Source of the DNA: Deltaproteobacteria bacterium
Lineage (GTDB): Bacteria; Myxococcota; Kuafuiibacteriia; Kuafuiibacteriales; Kuafuiibacteriaceae
NCBI GenBank assembly: GCA_040218735.1
Contig: JAVJQW010000012.1
Location: 256,001 to 320,000, forward strand
Direction of reading: 5' to 3'
DNA length: 64,000 bases
Positions 30,684 through 40,442 of the stretch are shown here, one piece after another; within the stretch, counting starts at the first letter, position 1; each line of letters opens with the position of its first letter. Below the pieces are notes generated by a model, which saw only the letters and a list, made by a program, of their open reading frames with translations, searched no databases and was not told where the DNA came from. The position numbers and the translations under genes are program-made.

Positions 30684-33343
30684 CGCTCGACGAGGGCGTC
30701 GATGCTGGCGGCGAACTCCGTGGTGTCGGCGAAGCGTGCGTCGCGCTCCTTCTCCAGGGCGCGCATGACGAGGTCCTCGACGGCGCGCGCCGCCTCGCGG
30801 TTCGGGTGCGGCAGTCGCATCGGCGGCGGCGGTTGCGTGAGCACACGCGAGAGGATCTGAACCGTGGAGCCGCCGTCGAACGGCACGTGCCCCGTGAGCA
30901 TTTGGTAGAGGATGACGCCGAGTGTGTAGAGGTCGGTGCGGAGATCGATCTCCTCCCCCGCGGCCTGCTCGGGCGACATGTACCGCGGCGTCCCGAACAC
31001 CATCCCGGCCTTCGTGATCGAACGCGCGCCGTCGCGGTCGGTGATCTTGGCGATGCCGAAGTCGAGGATCTTCGGAATGGGGCTGCCCTCGCGCTCCGTG
31101 ATCACGACGTTCTCGGGCTTCAGATCCCGGTGCACCAGCCCCGCCGCGTGCGCGTGTTTGAGGCCGGCGAGGATGTGCCGGATGAACGCGAGGGCCAGCC
31201 GGATGTCGAGCGGGCCGGTGCGGTGTAACAGCGACGCGAGCGACTCCCCTTCGACCACGTCCATGACGAGGAACATCCGACCGTCACTCGCGTACCCGAA
31301 GTCCGTCACGCGCACGATGTTCGGGTGGTCGAGGCGACACACCGAGCGCGCCTCGAGCTGGAACCGCTCCTTCGCGGCCGGCATCTCCGACAGCTCCCAA
31401 CGCATCACCTTCAACGCGACCGGCTTACCGAGCAGCATGTGCTCGGCGCGGTACACGACCGAGACACCGCCCTCGCCGAGCACGCCGATGATCCGGTAGC
31501 GCCCCGACACGACGTCGCCGGGCGACAGCTTGTGCGCCGTCGGACCAGGCGCGGCGTCATCGGACGGCTCGGACGTCTGGTAGGGCGGGAGCGTGACGGG
31601 ATCCTCGATCACCAGATCCCCGTCCGGGGACGAAGACGAAGCGTCGGGCTGCGAACGTGAACCCTCGCGAGGCGTAGGCGGCTCGAACGGAGGAAGGATC
31701 GGGTTCGACCGCGACTGCGGCGGACGCGGCTCGTAGGGCTCGGTGCCCTGCGGATCCGAACGCGACTCCGGCGGCCGCCGCGGCGGCTCGTACGGATCCG
31801 GCTGCGGCGTCGACTGCGACTTCGACCACTCCTCGGGGAACGGCGTCTCGTTGCGCTCGATCTCGAATCCGGAGTCGTCGTCGTCCGGGAGCTCGGGCGG
31901 CTCCATCGACGGCTGCGACGACGACGGCGGCGGCGCCGCGTCATCCGGCATCGGCGTGGAGTCGGACCCCGCGACGATCGCGTCGATCAGGGAGTCGAGC
32001 CCCGACGACGGCCCGGAGTCGAGCGCGTCCAACAGCGCCGACGCGTGTCCGTTCGGCGGCGGCGCGGCCGGCGGCGTCGAATCCGGCGGCTCGGACGGAG
32101 GCTCTTCGCGAGGCAGCTCGGGCGGCGGCGGCGCAGCGCGCGGAGGCGGCGGCGCCGCACGCGGAGGTGGGCTCGGACGCGGCGGCGGGGTCGTCTGCGC
32201 TCCTATCGCGCGCGGACGCGTGGACGTGAAGCTCGGCGCGGTCTGCCGCACACGCTGCGCGACGATCGCTTCGACGAGCTCCTCGACCGCCATCTCGTCC
32301 ACGAAACCATCGTCCACGGGCGCACGCTCCACCGGCATCGGCGGCACCTGCTCGCCCGAGTCCTGCCCCCACGGCTCGTCGGGCGGCGCGTTGATCGGCG
32401 GAGGCTCGCGCAACATCACCGGCGGCGGTGGCGTCGCCCGCGCGCTGCTCTTGAAGAGCGAGGTCATGTGCTCGGCGATGCCGCGCGTGTAATGCGCCTC
32501 GTCGTGGTCGAGGAACGACGCGAGCGTCCGCTCGATCTCGAACAAACTCGAAGGCCGCTCCGACGGCATCTTCGCGAGCGTGCTCCCGAGCAGCGTCGCG
32601 AGCGCCGACGGGATGTCGGGGACGTCGAGGTGAAGCGGCGGCACCGTCTGCGTCGCGATCGCGCGGCGCATCGCGGCGTCCGTCGGTTTGGAGAACGTGG
32701 TGCGTCCGCGGATGGCGTCGTTGAGGACGATGCCCAACCCGTAGATGTCCGTGAGGTGATCGGCCTTGTGGCGATCGAACAGCTCCGGTGCGTGGTACGG
32801 CAGTCGCGCGCTGCTCAGCGGGAGCCGCGAACGTGAACGCCCGAGGCCGACGCCGTTCACTTTCACGCCGCCGTCGTAGGTGAGGTACACGTCCGACGGG
32901 CAGAGCTGACCGTGATACATGCCCTTCACTTCGCCGTCCGCCCACGGCGTGGCGTGCGCGACCTGCAGAAGCTTCGCGATCTGGACGCCGACCCAAACGA
33001 AGTAGGCCCAAGGCATGCGCGTGGAGTGCGCCGCGGTGCGATCGAGCACCTCCGACAGCGGCTGTCCGTCGACGAGCTCGACGGCGACGGCGACGGCGTC
33101 GTCGATGCGATTCACCTCCAGCACCCGCGCGGCGGCGGGGTGGTCGAAGTGGATCGCGGACGCGGCTTCGGCGTTGAGGATCGTGAGGTAGGCGGGATCG
33201 CGAACCCACTCGACGTCGAGCACCGTCAACGCGACGAGCTCGGCGCCGTTGTCGTCCGATCGCGGATTCGACGCGACGTAGCGCGGACCCGCACGCCCGC
33301 GCGACAGCTCGCGCAGGATCTCGTAACCGCCGATGCGTTCCAC
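30671..33343 (-). CDS. Ser/Thr protein kinase with an N-terminal pseudokinase domain and a Pro/Ser-rich linker
   Basis: C-terminal domain GEGGVS, VALK, HRDLKPEN, DFG, GTPRYMSPE; degenerate N-terminal kinase domain; GAGGGG RBS before GTG at 33343. Confidence 0.9.
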   Translation of the reverse strand: MERIGGYEILRELSRGRAGPRYVASNPRSDDNGAELVALTVLDVEWVRDPAYLTILNAEAASAIHFDHPAAARVLEVNRIDDAVAVAVELVDGQPLSEVLDRTAAHSTRMPWAYFVWVGVQIAKLLQVAHATPWADGEVKGMYHGQLCPSDVYLTYDGGVKVNGVGLGRSRSRLPLSSARLPYHAPELFDRHKADHLTDIYGLGIVLNDAIRGRTTFSKPTDAAMRRAIATQTVPPLHLDVPDIPSALATLLGSTLAKMPSERPSSLFEIERTLASFLDHDEAHYTRGIAEHMTSLFKSSARATPPPPVMLREPPPINAPPDEPWGQDSGEQVPPMPVERAPVDDGFVDEMAVEELVEAIVAQRVRQTAPSFTSTRPRAIGAQTTPPPRPSPPPRAAPPPPRAAPPPPELPREEPPSEPPDSTPPAAPPPNGHASALLDALDSGPSSGLDSLIDAIVAGSDSTPMPDDAAPPPSSSQPSMEPPELPDDDDSGFEIERNETPFPEEWSKSQSTPQPDPYEPPRRPPESRSDPQGTEPYEPRPPQSRSNPILPPFEPPTPREGSRSQPDASSSSPDGDLVIEDPVTLPPYQTSEPSDDAAPGPTAHKLSPGDVVSGRYRIIGVLGEGGVSVVYRAEHMLLGKPVALKVMRWELSEMPAAKERFQLEARSVCRLDHPNIVRVTDFGYASDGRMFLVMDVVEGESLASLLHRTGPLDIRLALAFIRHILAGLKHAHAAGLVHRDLKPENVVITEREGSPIPKILDFGIAKITDRDGARSITKAGMVFGTPRYMSPEQAAGEEIDLRTDLYTLGVILYQMLTGHVPFDGGSTVQILSRVLTQPPPPMRLPHPNREAARAVEDLVMRALEKERDARFADTTEFAASIDALVERYGV

Positions 33344-33421
33344 CTTCCCCCTCTTTGCGTGCGGCCCCCCGACCACGCCCGGATCACACCGCGAGGCCCG
33401 GGTGAGATGCAAGCCGATCGG

Positions 33422-34135
33422 TCACTCCGTGCGCACGGCAGGTGTCCACCGGGACAGGTCGCGTGCCGCGGCCTCGGGATCTGCGGCGCCGGCGTCGACC
33501 CACTGTGAGCCCCCCTCGTCCCTGGTGCGCTCGAGCTCGTCCGGCGCGAGGGGCACGACCTTGTACAGGAGGACCCGTAGATCGGGGGCGACGTCCACCT
33601 CACCGCCGGGGCGCAGGTCGAAGTGTTGGAGCCCGTGCAGGGGTTTGCGCAGGCTAATCGTGTCGTAGGACTTCCACGTCGCGCCGGGACCGCCGTGTAG
33701 GAGGCCGCCGATCTTGGTCAGGACCTCGCCGATCTGGGGGCCGACCTCCCGCGACTCGGCGATCAGCTCCACGTGGCGGTGTTCGTCGCCCAGCTCGGGG
33801 TCGAGGCGCGGCGAGCGACCGAGACCGACGGTGTAGATGACGTAAGCGCCACCCGCCTGCCCGATGCGCTTCACGACGGCGACGCTGTGCTCGGGTGCGA
33901 CCGTCGAGCTGGCGGCGGTCAGCGATCTTCGCCCCGAGAAGTACTGCGACATCCCCCGCAGAAAGCCCGGTTTGTAGGCGGCGGTGGCCATCGCGGGCGG
34001 AGGGGGCGGCGGTGGAGGCGGCGGCGGCGGCACCTCGGGCATCGGCGCCATCGGCGGCGGAGGCGGCGGCGCCGTCTTGGCCTGCGTGGCGCACGCGCCG
34101 ACCAGCAGCGCCAGGACGAACAGCGAAGCCCGCAT
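33422..34135 (-). CDS. Lipoprotein with a Pro-rich linker and a SUFU-like domain
   Basis: MRASLFVLALLVGAC lipobox; IYTVGLG...HVELIA...LYKVVPLAPDELERTRDEG pattern. Confidence 0.6.
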   Translation of the reverse strand: MRASLFVLALLVGACATQAKTAPPPPPPMAPMPEVPPPPPPPPPPPPAMATAAYKPGFLRGMSQYFSGRRSLTAASSTVAPEHSVAVVKRIGQAGGAYVIYTVGLGRSPRLDPELGDEHRHVELIAESREVGPQIGEVLTKIGGLLHGGPGATWKSYDTISLRKPLHGLQHFDLRPGGEVDVAPDLRVLLYKVVPLAPDELERTRDEGGSQWVDAGAADPEAAARDLSRWTPAVRTE

Positions 34136-34140
34136 CGACC

Positions 34141-34515
34141 CTACGGGATGAGGCAAACGACGGTTGTCGCGGCGAGCGCCGTGACGAGGGTGCCCTGAAG
34201 CACGCGGCGAGCATCTCGACGACTGAGGTCGAGTTCGTCGGAGCGCCGGATCGGCTCCTCCATGCCGCAACTCGACTCCCGCATCCCCTTGCTGACGAGC
34301 CCCGGGCAGGTCCTGAAGAGGCCCTGCCAAGCGCCGAACGCGGCCATCGCGAACGGCACGAACAACGACAGCCGCCACCAGCGCGCGACGTCGGCCTGCA
34401 CGAGCGCCACCGACAGCACCAGCGCCACCACCAGCATGAGGCCGCCCCAGCGGAGCCGAGCGTTCTGCCCGGACATCTGCAGGTTGCCGTTCTGGCTCGG
34501 TGCGCAGCGATGCAT
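34141..34515 (-). CDS. Small hypothetical membrane protein
   Basis: Three hydrophobic segments; WWRLSLFVPF...WQGLFRTC; start uncertain. Confidence 0.65.
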   Translation of the reverse strand: MHRCAPSQNGNLQMSGQNARLRWGGLMLVVALVLSVALVQADVARWWRLSLFVPFAMAAFGAWQGLFRTCPGLVSKGMRESSCGMEEPIRRSDELDLSRRDARRVLQGTLVTALAATTVVCLIP

Positions 34516-34644
34516 CGCCACCAGGCTACGCCCCGAGACGGGGAGCGACAAGCCGGATCCGACGCATCTGGACTACTTCGTAACGGTCGCGCGTTGCGTG
34601 TTTCGGGGGTACGGTCGATGAGGTCGCCGAGGACATCGACCGGC

Positions 34645-37395
34645 ATGGGAGCGCTCACGCGATTCATCGACCTGCGCGCCGGCGAAGCCGCGCTGCTGGT
34701 GAAGAGCGCCCTGACGCTCTTTGGGCTGATCGCCGCGCACACGATGCTCGAGACCGCGCGGGACGCCCTGTTCCTACAGCGGCTCCCCGCCGACCGCCTG
34801 CCGTTCGTCTACGTCCTCCTCGCCGGCCTGGCGCTGATCGTGTCCCGCGCGAACACCCGCTTCGTGCGTCGCTTCGGGCGCCGCAACGCGCTGATCTTCA
34901 CGCTGTTCGCGGCGGCCTACGGCACGACGGTCCTATTCCTCCTCCCGCGCACGGACGCCGTCGTGTTCGGCCTGTACGCGTGGAGCGGGCTGCTGGGTTC
35001 GGTGCTCGTCGTGCAGTTCTGGATGTACGCCGGACAGACGTTCACCGTCGCGCAGGGCAAGCGCCTCTTCGGCCCCATCACCGCGGGCGGGGTCCTCGGC
35101 GCCGTCGCGGGGGCGTCGTTCTCCGTCGCCGCGCTGCAGTTCACCGACGTCCATCACCTGCTCGTCGTGGGCTCCGTCGTGTTGGTCGCGACGGCGATGC
35201 TCCTCACGACCGCGCCGCTCGACGAGGTGAAGGAAGCGCCGGGCGCTACCAAGGCGAACGAATCGCGGCGCTCGTTCTTCCGGCTCTTCTCCGAGCAACC
35301 CTACTTGCTCCGACTCTCTGGGCTCATCGCGCTGTCGACCGCGGCGCTGCTGATCACGGACTACCTGTTCAAGTCGGTCGCGCGCGCGAACCACAGCCCC
35401 GACGAGCTCGGGACGTTCTTCGCCGGCTACTACGCCGTCCTCAACGTGGCGGCGCTCCTCGTGCAGCTGTTCGTCGGGGGCAAGGTCGTGCGACGCGCGG
35501 GGGTCATCGCGGCGTTCTCCGTGCTGCCGATGTTGCTCCTCGCGGGGAGCATCGGGACGGTCATCGCCGGCGGCGCGATGCTCGCGGTGCTCCTCACCAA
35601 GGGCGCCGAGGGGAGCCTCAAACATTCGCTGCACCGCATCGCGAGTGAGCTGCTGTGGATGCCGCTCCCGGATCACGTCCGGACGGAGAGCAAGGTCATC
35701 GTCGACACGGTGTTCGTCCGCGGCGCGCAGGCGCTCACGGCGACCGGCCTGCTGGGGCTCGCGATGTTCGAGCTCGACCGCCCGCAAGTGCTCGGCGCGA
35801 TCCTCACCGCGATGTGCCTGCTGTGGCTCGCGATGTCGATGCGCCTTCGCCACTGGTACCTCGGGCTGTTCCGACGCGCGCTCCACCGCGTCACGCCGGA
35901 GCAGCGCACCGCGCCGATCGAGCTCGACATCCGCTCGGTGGAGGTCGTCGTCGAAGCGCTGTCGAGCCGCGAGCCCGAGCGGTCGATCTCCGCGATCGAG
36001 CTGCTCGTCTCGAACCACCGCACGCGGCTGATCCCGGCGCTCATCCTCTATCACGAGTCACCGGAGGTGCTGGTCCGCGCCCTCCCCGCGGTCTCGACGG
36101 AGACTCGCCAGGACTGGATCCCCCTCGCGGAGCGCCTCCTCGAACACGAAGTCGAAGAGGTGCGCATCGCCGCGCTCCGCGCGCTCGCCGGAGCGGGTGT
36201 CGCCTCGGCGATCGAACGACGCCTGCTCGACCTGCGCCCCCGCGTCCGCGCGCACGCCGCCTTCTGGCTCGCGCACCTCGACGACGCACCGCCGCAGGAC
36301 GAAGCCGGCGTGCAGCAGATCCTCGCGATGGCCAACGACGAACACGGCCGTGATGCGAAGGTCGGCCTCCTCGAAGCGATCGAGTCCGCGGGCGACACAC
36401 GTTGGTCCGACGTGTTGATGGTGATGTGTGAGGAAGAGACGGACGCCTTCGTCGAGCCGCTCGTCCTCGCGATCTCACGCGTTCAGGATCCGCGGTTCAT
36501 CCCGCGGCTGATCGACCGGCTGCGCTACCGCGCCAACCGCGGCGTGGTGCGCGAGGCGATCGTATCGATGGGCGACGAGGCGCTCGACGCGTTGGTGGAG
36601 CGCCTCCGCGACGACGGGACGGACATCCGAATCCTCCGCCACATCCCGCGGACGATCTCCCGCTTCGGCACGCAGCGCGCCGCGGACATCCTGACCGGGC
36701 TCCTCGTGGACGAGACCCCGGGGCGCATTCGTTACAAGGTGCTGCGCGGGCTGGGCCGGCTGGTGTCGGAGCAGCCGGTGCGCGTCGACCGCCTGCACAT
36801 CGAGCGGCGCATCGAGATCAACCTGATCGAGGCGCTGCGCCTGACCGCGATGTCGTTGCCGTTGCATCAACCGCTCGCCGACCAAGCGCAACACGCGCGC
36901 GCCGGTCGCGAGATGCTCGTGGAGCTGCTGGAGGACAAGGCGGAGCAGGCGATGGAACGGGCGTTCCGGCTCCTACAGATCGCGCACCGCACGGAGGACA
37001 TCCACAGCGTGTCCTTCGCGGTGAGCTCTACGGAGAAGCGTGTCCGCGCGCAGGCGCTCGAGTACCTCGACGCGCTGACGCTGGACGCCGCCGTCCCCGC
37101 GATCCGCGACTTGCTGCGGATCGTCGTCGACGATCTGTCGCCCGCCGAGCGAGTGCTGCGCGCGGCGGCGTTCCTGCCCGCACCGCCACGCGACGCGGAG
37201 GCGGCGCTGTCGATCCTGCTGCACGAGAACGACTCCGCGCTCGCCAACCTCGCCGGGTACCACGCGCTGCAGCTCGGCCTGAAGACGCTGCGGCAGTCGG
37301 TGATCACCGCGACGGAGGAGCGCCCGGTGCTGGCGTCGCTGCGGACACTGATCGACCTCACCGCCGACCTGTCGGGGGCGCCGACGCATGCTTGA
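34645..37395 (+). CDS. NTT/TLC-like (MFS-fold) transporter fused to HEAT repeats
   Basis: LETARDALFL, QFW...QGKRLFGPITAGGVLGA, DYLFK, KHSLHRIASELLWMP, followed by HEAT-like helical repeats; GAGGA RBS before ATG at 34645. Confidence 0.85.
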   Translation: MGALTRFIDLRAGEAALLVKSALTLFGLIAAHTMLETARDALFLQRLPADRLPFVYVLLAGLALIVSRANTRFVRRFGRRNALIFTLFAAAYGTTVLFLLPRTDAVVFGLYAWSGLLGSVLVVQFWMYAGQTFTVAQGKRLFGPITAGGVLGAVAGASFSVAALQFTDVHHLLVVGSVVLVATAMLLTTAPLDEVKEAPGATKANESRRSFFRLFSEQPYLLRLSGLIALSTAALLITDYLFKSVARANHSPDELGTFFAGYYAVLNVAALLVQLFVGGKVVRRAGVIAAFSVLPMLLLAGSIGTVIAGGAMLAVLLTKGAEGSLKHSLHRIASELLWMPLPDHVRTESKVIVDTVFVRGAQALTATGLLGLAMFELDRPQVLGAILTAMCLLWLAMSMRLRHWYLGLFRRALHRVTPEQRTAPIELDIRSVEVVVEALSSREPERSISAIELLVSNHRTRLIPALILYHESPEVLVRALPAVSTETRQDWIPLAERLLEHEVEEVRIAALRALAGAGVASAIERRLLDLRPRVRAHAAFWLAHLDDAPPQDEAGVQQILAMANDEHGRDAKVGLLEAIESAGDTRWSDVLMVMCEEETDAFVEPLVLAISRVQDPRFIPRLIDRLRYRANRGVVREAIVSMGDEALDALVERLRDDGTDIRILRHIPRTISRFGTQRAADILTGLLVDETPGRIRYKVLRGLGRLVSEQPVRVDRLHIERRIEINLIEALRLTAMSLPLHQPLADQAQHARAGREMLVELLEDKAEQAMERAFRLLQIAHRTEDIHSVSFAVSSTEKRVRAQALEYLDALTLDAAVPAIRDLLRIVVDDLSPAERVLRAAAFLPAPPRDAEAALSILLHENDSALANLAGYHALQLGLKTLRQSVITATEERPVLASLRTLIDLTADLSGAPTHA

Positions 37396-38323
37396 GGTCG
37401 CCCACCGCATCGAGCTCGAGCTGCTGATGCGCACGTTCCTCGGGATGGAGCCGCCGGACCGGGTGATGCGCCAGCTCGCGAGCGTCGTGCGCGACTTCGA
37501 CGCGCCGCCCGGGACGGTGCTCTACGAACGCGGCGACCCGCCGGGGGAGCTGTTCATGATCGCGGACGGCACCGTCGCGCTGATCGGAGAAGACGGGTCG
37601 CGGTGGGTCTTCGAGGGGCAGTCCCTCGTCGGTGTCCTCGACTCGACGCTGGACCGGCCCATGACTCGACGCGCCGTCGTCGAGACCCGCGCGCACGGCG
37701 CGCGGCTGATGTTGGCCGACTACCTCGACGTGTTGGACGACAACTTCGACTTCGCGAAGACCGCAATGGAGCGCGGCTGTCGAATGGTGCACGAGAACGC
37801 GCTGGCGCTCGCGCCGGACCACGTGTTCCCGCCCCCCTCCGAAGACCCGATCCTCGACGAACGCGGCGGCGACCCGCGACCGCTGGAGATGGTGGAGCGG
37901 CTGATGGTGCTCCACCGATCGTCGCTGTTCGACGCGGCGCCGCTGCAGCCCCTCGCGAGCCTCGCGGCGCTCGCGGAGGAGGAGCGGTGGGAGGCGGGTG
38001 ACGTGATCGAGCGTCAAGGTGAGACGTCGATGTACCTGCGGTGTGTCGCGTCGGGATCCGTGTGCGCCGAGCGGGACGACCCGCGGGTCGTCGCCGACTT
38101 CGGTCCGAGCGACGTGGTCGCGGGCATCGCGGCGCTCGGCCTCACCGAGGCGGGTTACACGATCCGGGCGACGCGCCCGACGCGGACGTTGAAGTTGCTG
38201 AAGGAGGACCTCTTCGACGTCGCGGAGGATCACTTCGGGCTGATGGGGACGTTCTTTCGGTGCAACGGCCTGGAGAACGAGCGCATCCGCAACCTCGGCT
38301 CGGCGCTCGACCGCGTGGATTGA
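37388..38323 (+). CDS. Protein with two cyclic-nucleotide-binding (cNMP)-like domains
   Basis: PGTVLYERGDPPGELFMIADGTV and AGDVIERQGETSMYLRCVASGSV...FGPSDVV; overlaps the upstream gene by 8 bp. Confidence 0.85.
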   Translation: MLEVAHRIELELLMRTFLGMEPPDRVMRQLASVVRDFDAPPGTVLYERGDPPGELFMIADGTVALIGEDGSRWVFEGQSLVGVLDSTLDRPMTRRAVVETRAHGARLMLADYLDVLDDNFDFAKTAMERGCRMVHENALALAPDHVFPPPSEDPILDERGGDPRPLEMVERLMVLHRSSLFDAAPLQPLASLAALAEEERWEAGDVIERQGETSMYLRCVASGSVCAERDDPRVVADFGPSDVVAGIAALGLTEAGYTIRATRPTRTLKLLKEDLFDVAEDHFGLMGTFFRCNGLENERIRNLGSALDRVD

Positions 38324-38344
38324 ATCCGCCCCGGGGGGACGTGC

Positions 38345-39319
38345 ATGCTGATGGGCATGGACCTCGACCGGATGCTCCACAAGTGCCGGCGGGACCAGTG
38401 GGCGCTGGACGCGATCGATCTGTCGAAGCCGCCGCGCCCGATGTCGAAGGACGACGAGATCGCGATCGTCCAGTACTTCACGGACATGGCGGGCATCGAG
38501 ATGCTCGCGAGCGCGCTGTTCGTGGAGCAGAAGAAGCGCGCGACGGATCCGCGGCTGATCGAGATCTTCGAGAGCTTCGTGCGCGACGAGGTCCGCCACG
38601 CCCAGGCGGCGAAGACCCTCGCGCGCCACTACGATGTGCACGGGTACCAGACGTACGCGCCGAACCCGCACCTCGAGAAGTTCGCGCCGGCCTTCGTCGA
38701 GGCGATCCGTCACCTGACGCCCGCGATCGCCAACGTCTACATCACCACGGGGGAGATCCTGCTCGACGTCGCGCTCCTCCGGTCGCTCGACGACTTCGTC
38801 CAGGACCACGCGTGCAGCACGGCGATGAAGCTCATCAACCGCGACGAGTCGCGCCACATCGCGGTCGACTTCCACATGGTCGAGCACTACAGCTCGGACG
38901 CGTACATCGCGTTCGAGAAGACGCAGCCGCGGCGCTCCCTTCCGGAGGCGGTGCGCGCGTACAGCTCGCTCGCGAAGATGCTCCGCCACGCCCGCCCGTT
39001 CTTCAAGGCGGTGTTCTTCGAACCGATGGACCTCCTGGATCCGTCGAACAAACGCCTCCTCGAAGCCTTCAAACGCGTGCAGCTCCTCTCCACGAAACCC
39101 GACGTCGCGCGCCGCCCATTCGTGAAGTTCATGCTCACGATGCAGACCCTCTTCCGCCACCCCCTCCTGGGCGCGCTCTTCGGCCGCTGGCTGATCGCGA
39201 TCATCGGGACCGACCCACGCGTGATCGTGAAGCTCTACACCGACGAGGAAGCGGCGCACGCGCAGCGCATGTCGTTCGACGAGATGGCGGAGGAGACGCT
39301 GGGGCTGAAGTACGCGTGA
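38345..39319 (+). CDS. Ferritin-like di-iron protein
   Basis: GIE...DEVRH and TGE...DESRH (two E...ExxH sets); QW near the N-terminus. Confidence 0.82.
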   Translation: MLMGMDLDRMLHKCRRDQWALDAIDLSKPPRPMSKDDEIAIVQYFTDMAGIEMLASALFVEQKKRATDPRLIEIFESFVRDEVRHAQAAKTLARHYDVHGYQTYAPNPHLEKFAPAFVEAIRHLTPAIANVYITTGEILLDVALLRSLDDFVQDHACSTAMKLINRDESRHIAVDFHMVEHYSSDAYIAFEKTQPRRSLPEAVRAYSSLAKMLRHARPFFKAVFFEPMDLLDPSNKRLLEAFKRVQLLSTKPDVARRPFVKFMLTMQTLFRHPLLGALFGRWLIAIIGTDPRVIVKLYTDEEAAHAQRMSFDEMAEETLGLKYA

Positions 39320-39322
39320 CCG

Positions 39323-40426
39323 TCACTTCTTCCGGCGAAACGGGTTCGTGAAGCGCGACTTCTTCCGCGGTGGGGGCTCGGGCTCCTCGGGCGCCGGCTT
39401 CGTGGCGATCGCGTCGATCTGATCCTCGATCGCGTCGAGCGCCTTCTCCCACGCGGGGCGCGCGGGCGTGGCGGCGACCTCGGTGGTCTTCTTCGCCGGA
39501 GCGCGCGTCGTCATAGGGGACACCGGCACCACGCGCGGCGCGTCGTCGGGGCGTGAGAAGGCGAGGCGCGCCTCCTTCAGGCCGTCGGACATCTCCGCCG
39601 CGTCGGCGTAGCGGGAGTCGATCGTCGGGTTCAGCGCGCGCGACACGACGGAGCCGAGGATCGGCGGGAGGTCCGGGCGCAGCGTCGACAGCGTCGGCGG
39701 CCCGACCTGCAACATCTCCGTCGCGAGCGCCGTGTAGTTCTTCGACTGGAACGGCAGCCGGCCCGTGAGCCCGAGGAACAGCACGACGCCGACGGCCCAC
39801 AGATCGGCGCGCCCGTCGATGTCCTCGCCGTACATCTGCTCCGGGCTCATGTAGTACGGCGTCCCGACCACCGTGCCCGCCTGCGTGAGGCGACGTTGGT
39901 CGCGACGCTCCGTCACCCGCGCGACGCCGAAGTCGAGGAGCTTCGCGTGCTGGCCGCCGTCGCGCTCGCGTACGATGTAGATGTTCGCCGGTTTGACGTC
40001 GCGGTGGATGATCCCGCGACCGTGCGCGGCCTCGAGCCCGGAGAGGACGTCGATCAACACGTCGAGGAGCCGGCGCGGCGTGATGCGGCTGTCCTCGATC
40101 AGACACGCGAGGTCTTCGCCGTCGAGGAACTCGAAGACGACGTACAGCGTCCCGTCGACGTCCGCCCCCGCGTCGAGGACGTTCGCGATGCAGCGGTGCT
40201 GGAGCGCGCCCGCCGCCTTGGCCTCGCGGAGGAATCGCTCGCGCACGGCCGGGTTCTTCGCGAAGTGCGCGTGCAGGAGCTTCAGGGCGACGCGTCGATC
40301 CGTGTACGCGTGGTGCGCCTCGTAGACCGCGCCCATGCCGCCCTCACCGAGGAGGCGGAGGAGCTCGTACTTGCTGGCGACCGTCGCGCCGACGCGGTCT
40401 TCCGCCTTGGGTTCGTCGTTCGACAT
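39323..40426 (-). CDS. Cytoplasmic Ser/Thr protein kinase
   Basis: GEGGMG, VALK, HRDVKPAN, DFG, GTPYYMSPE; no TM segment. Confidence 0.95.
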   Translation of the reverse strand: MSNDEPKAEDRVGATVASKYELLRLLGEGGMGAVYEAHHAYTDRRVALKLLHAHFAKNPAVRERFLREAKAAGALQHRCIANVLDAGADVDGTLYVVFEFLDGEDLACLIEDSRITPRRLLDVLIDVLSGLEAAHGRGIIHRDVKPANIYIVRERDGGQHAKLLDFGVARVTERRDQRRLTQAGTVVGTPYYMSPEQMYGEDIDGRADLWAVGVVLFLGLTGRLPFQSKNYTALATEMLQVGPPTLSTLRPDLPPILGSVVSRALNPTIDSRYADAAEMSDGLKEARLAFSRPDDAPRVVPVSPMTTRAPAKKTTEVAATPARPAWEKALDAIEDQIDAIATKPAPEEPEPPPRKKSRFTNPFRRKK

Positions 40427-40442
40427 GCGCGCGACGCCGATC

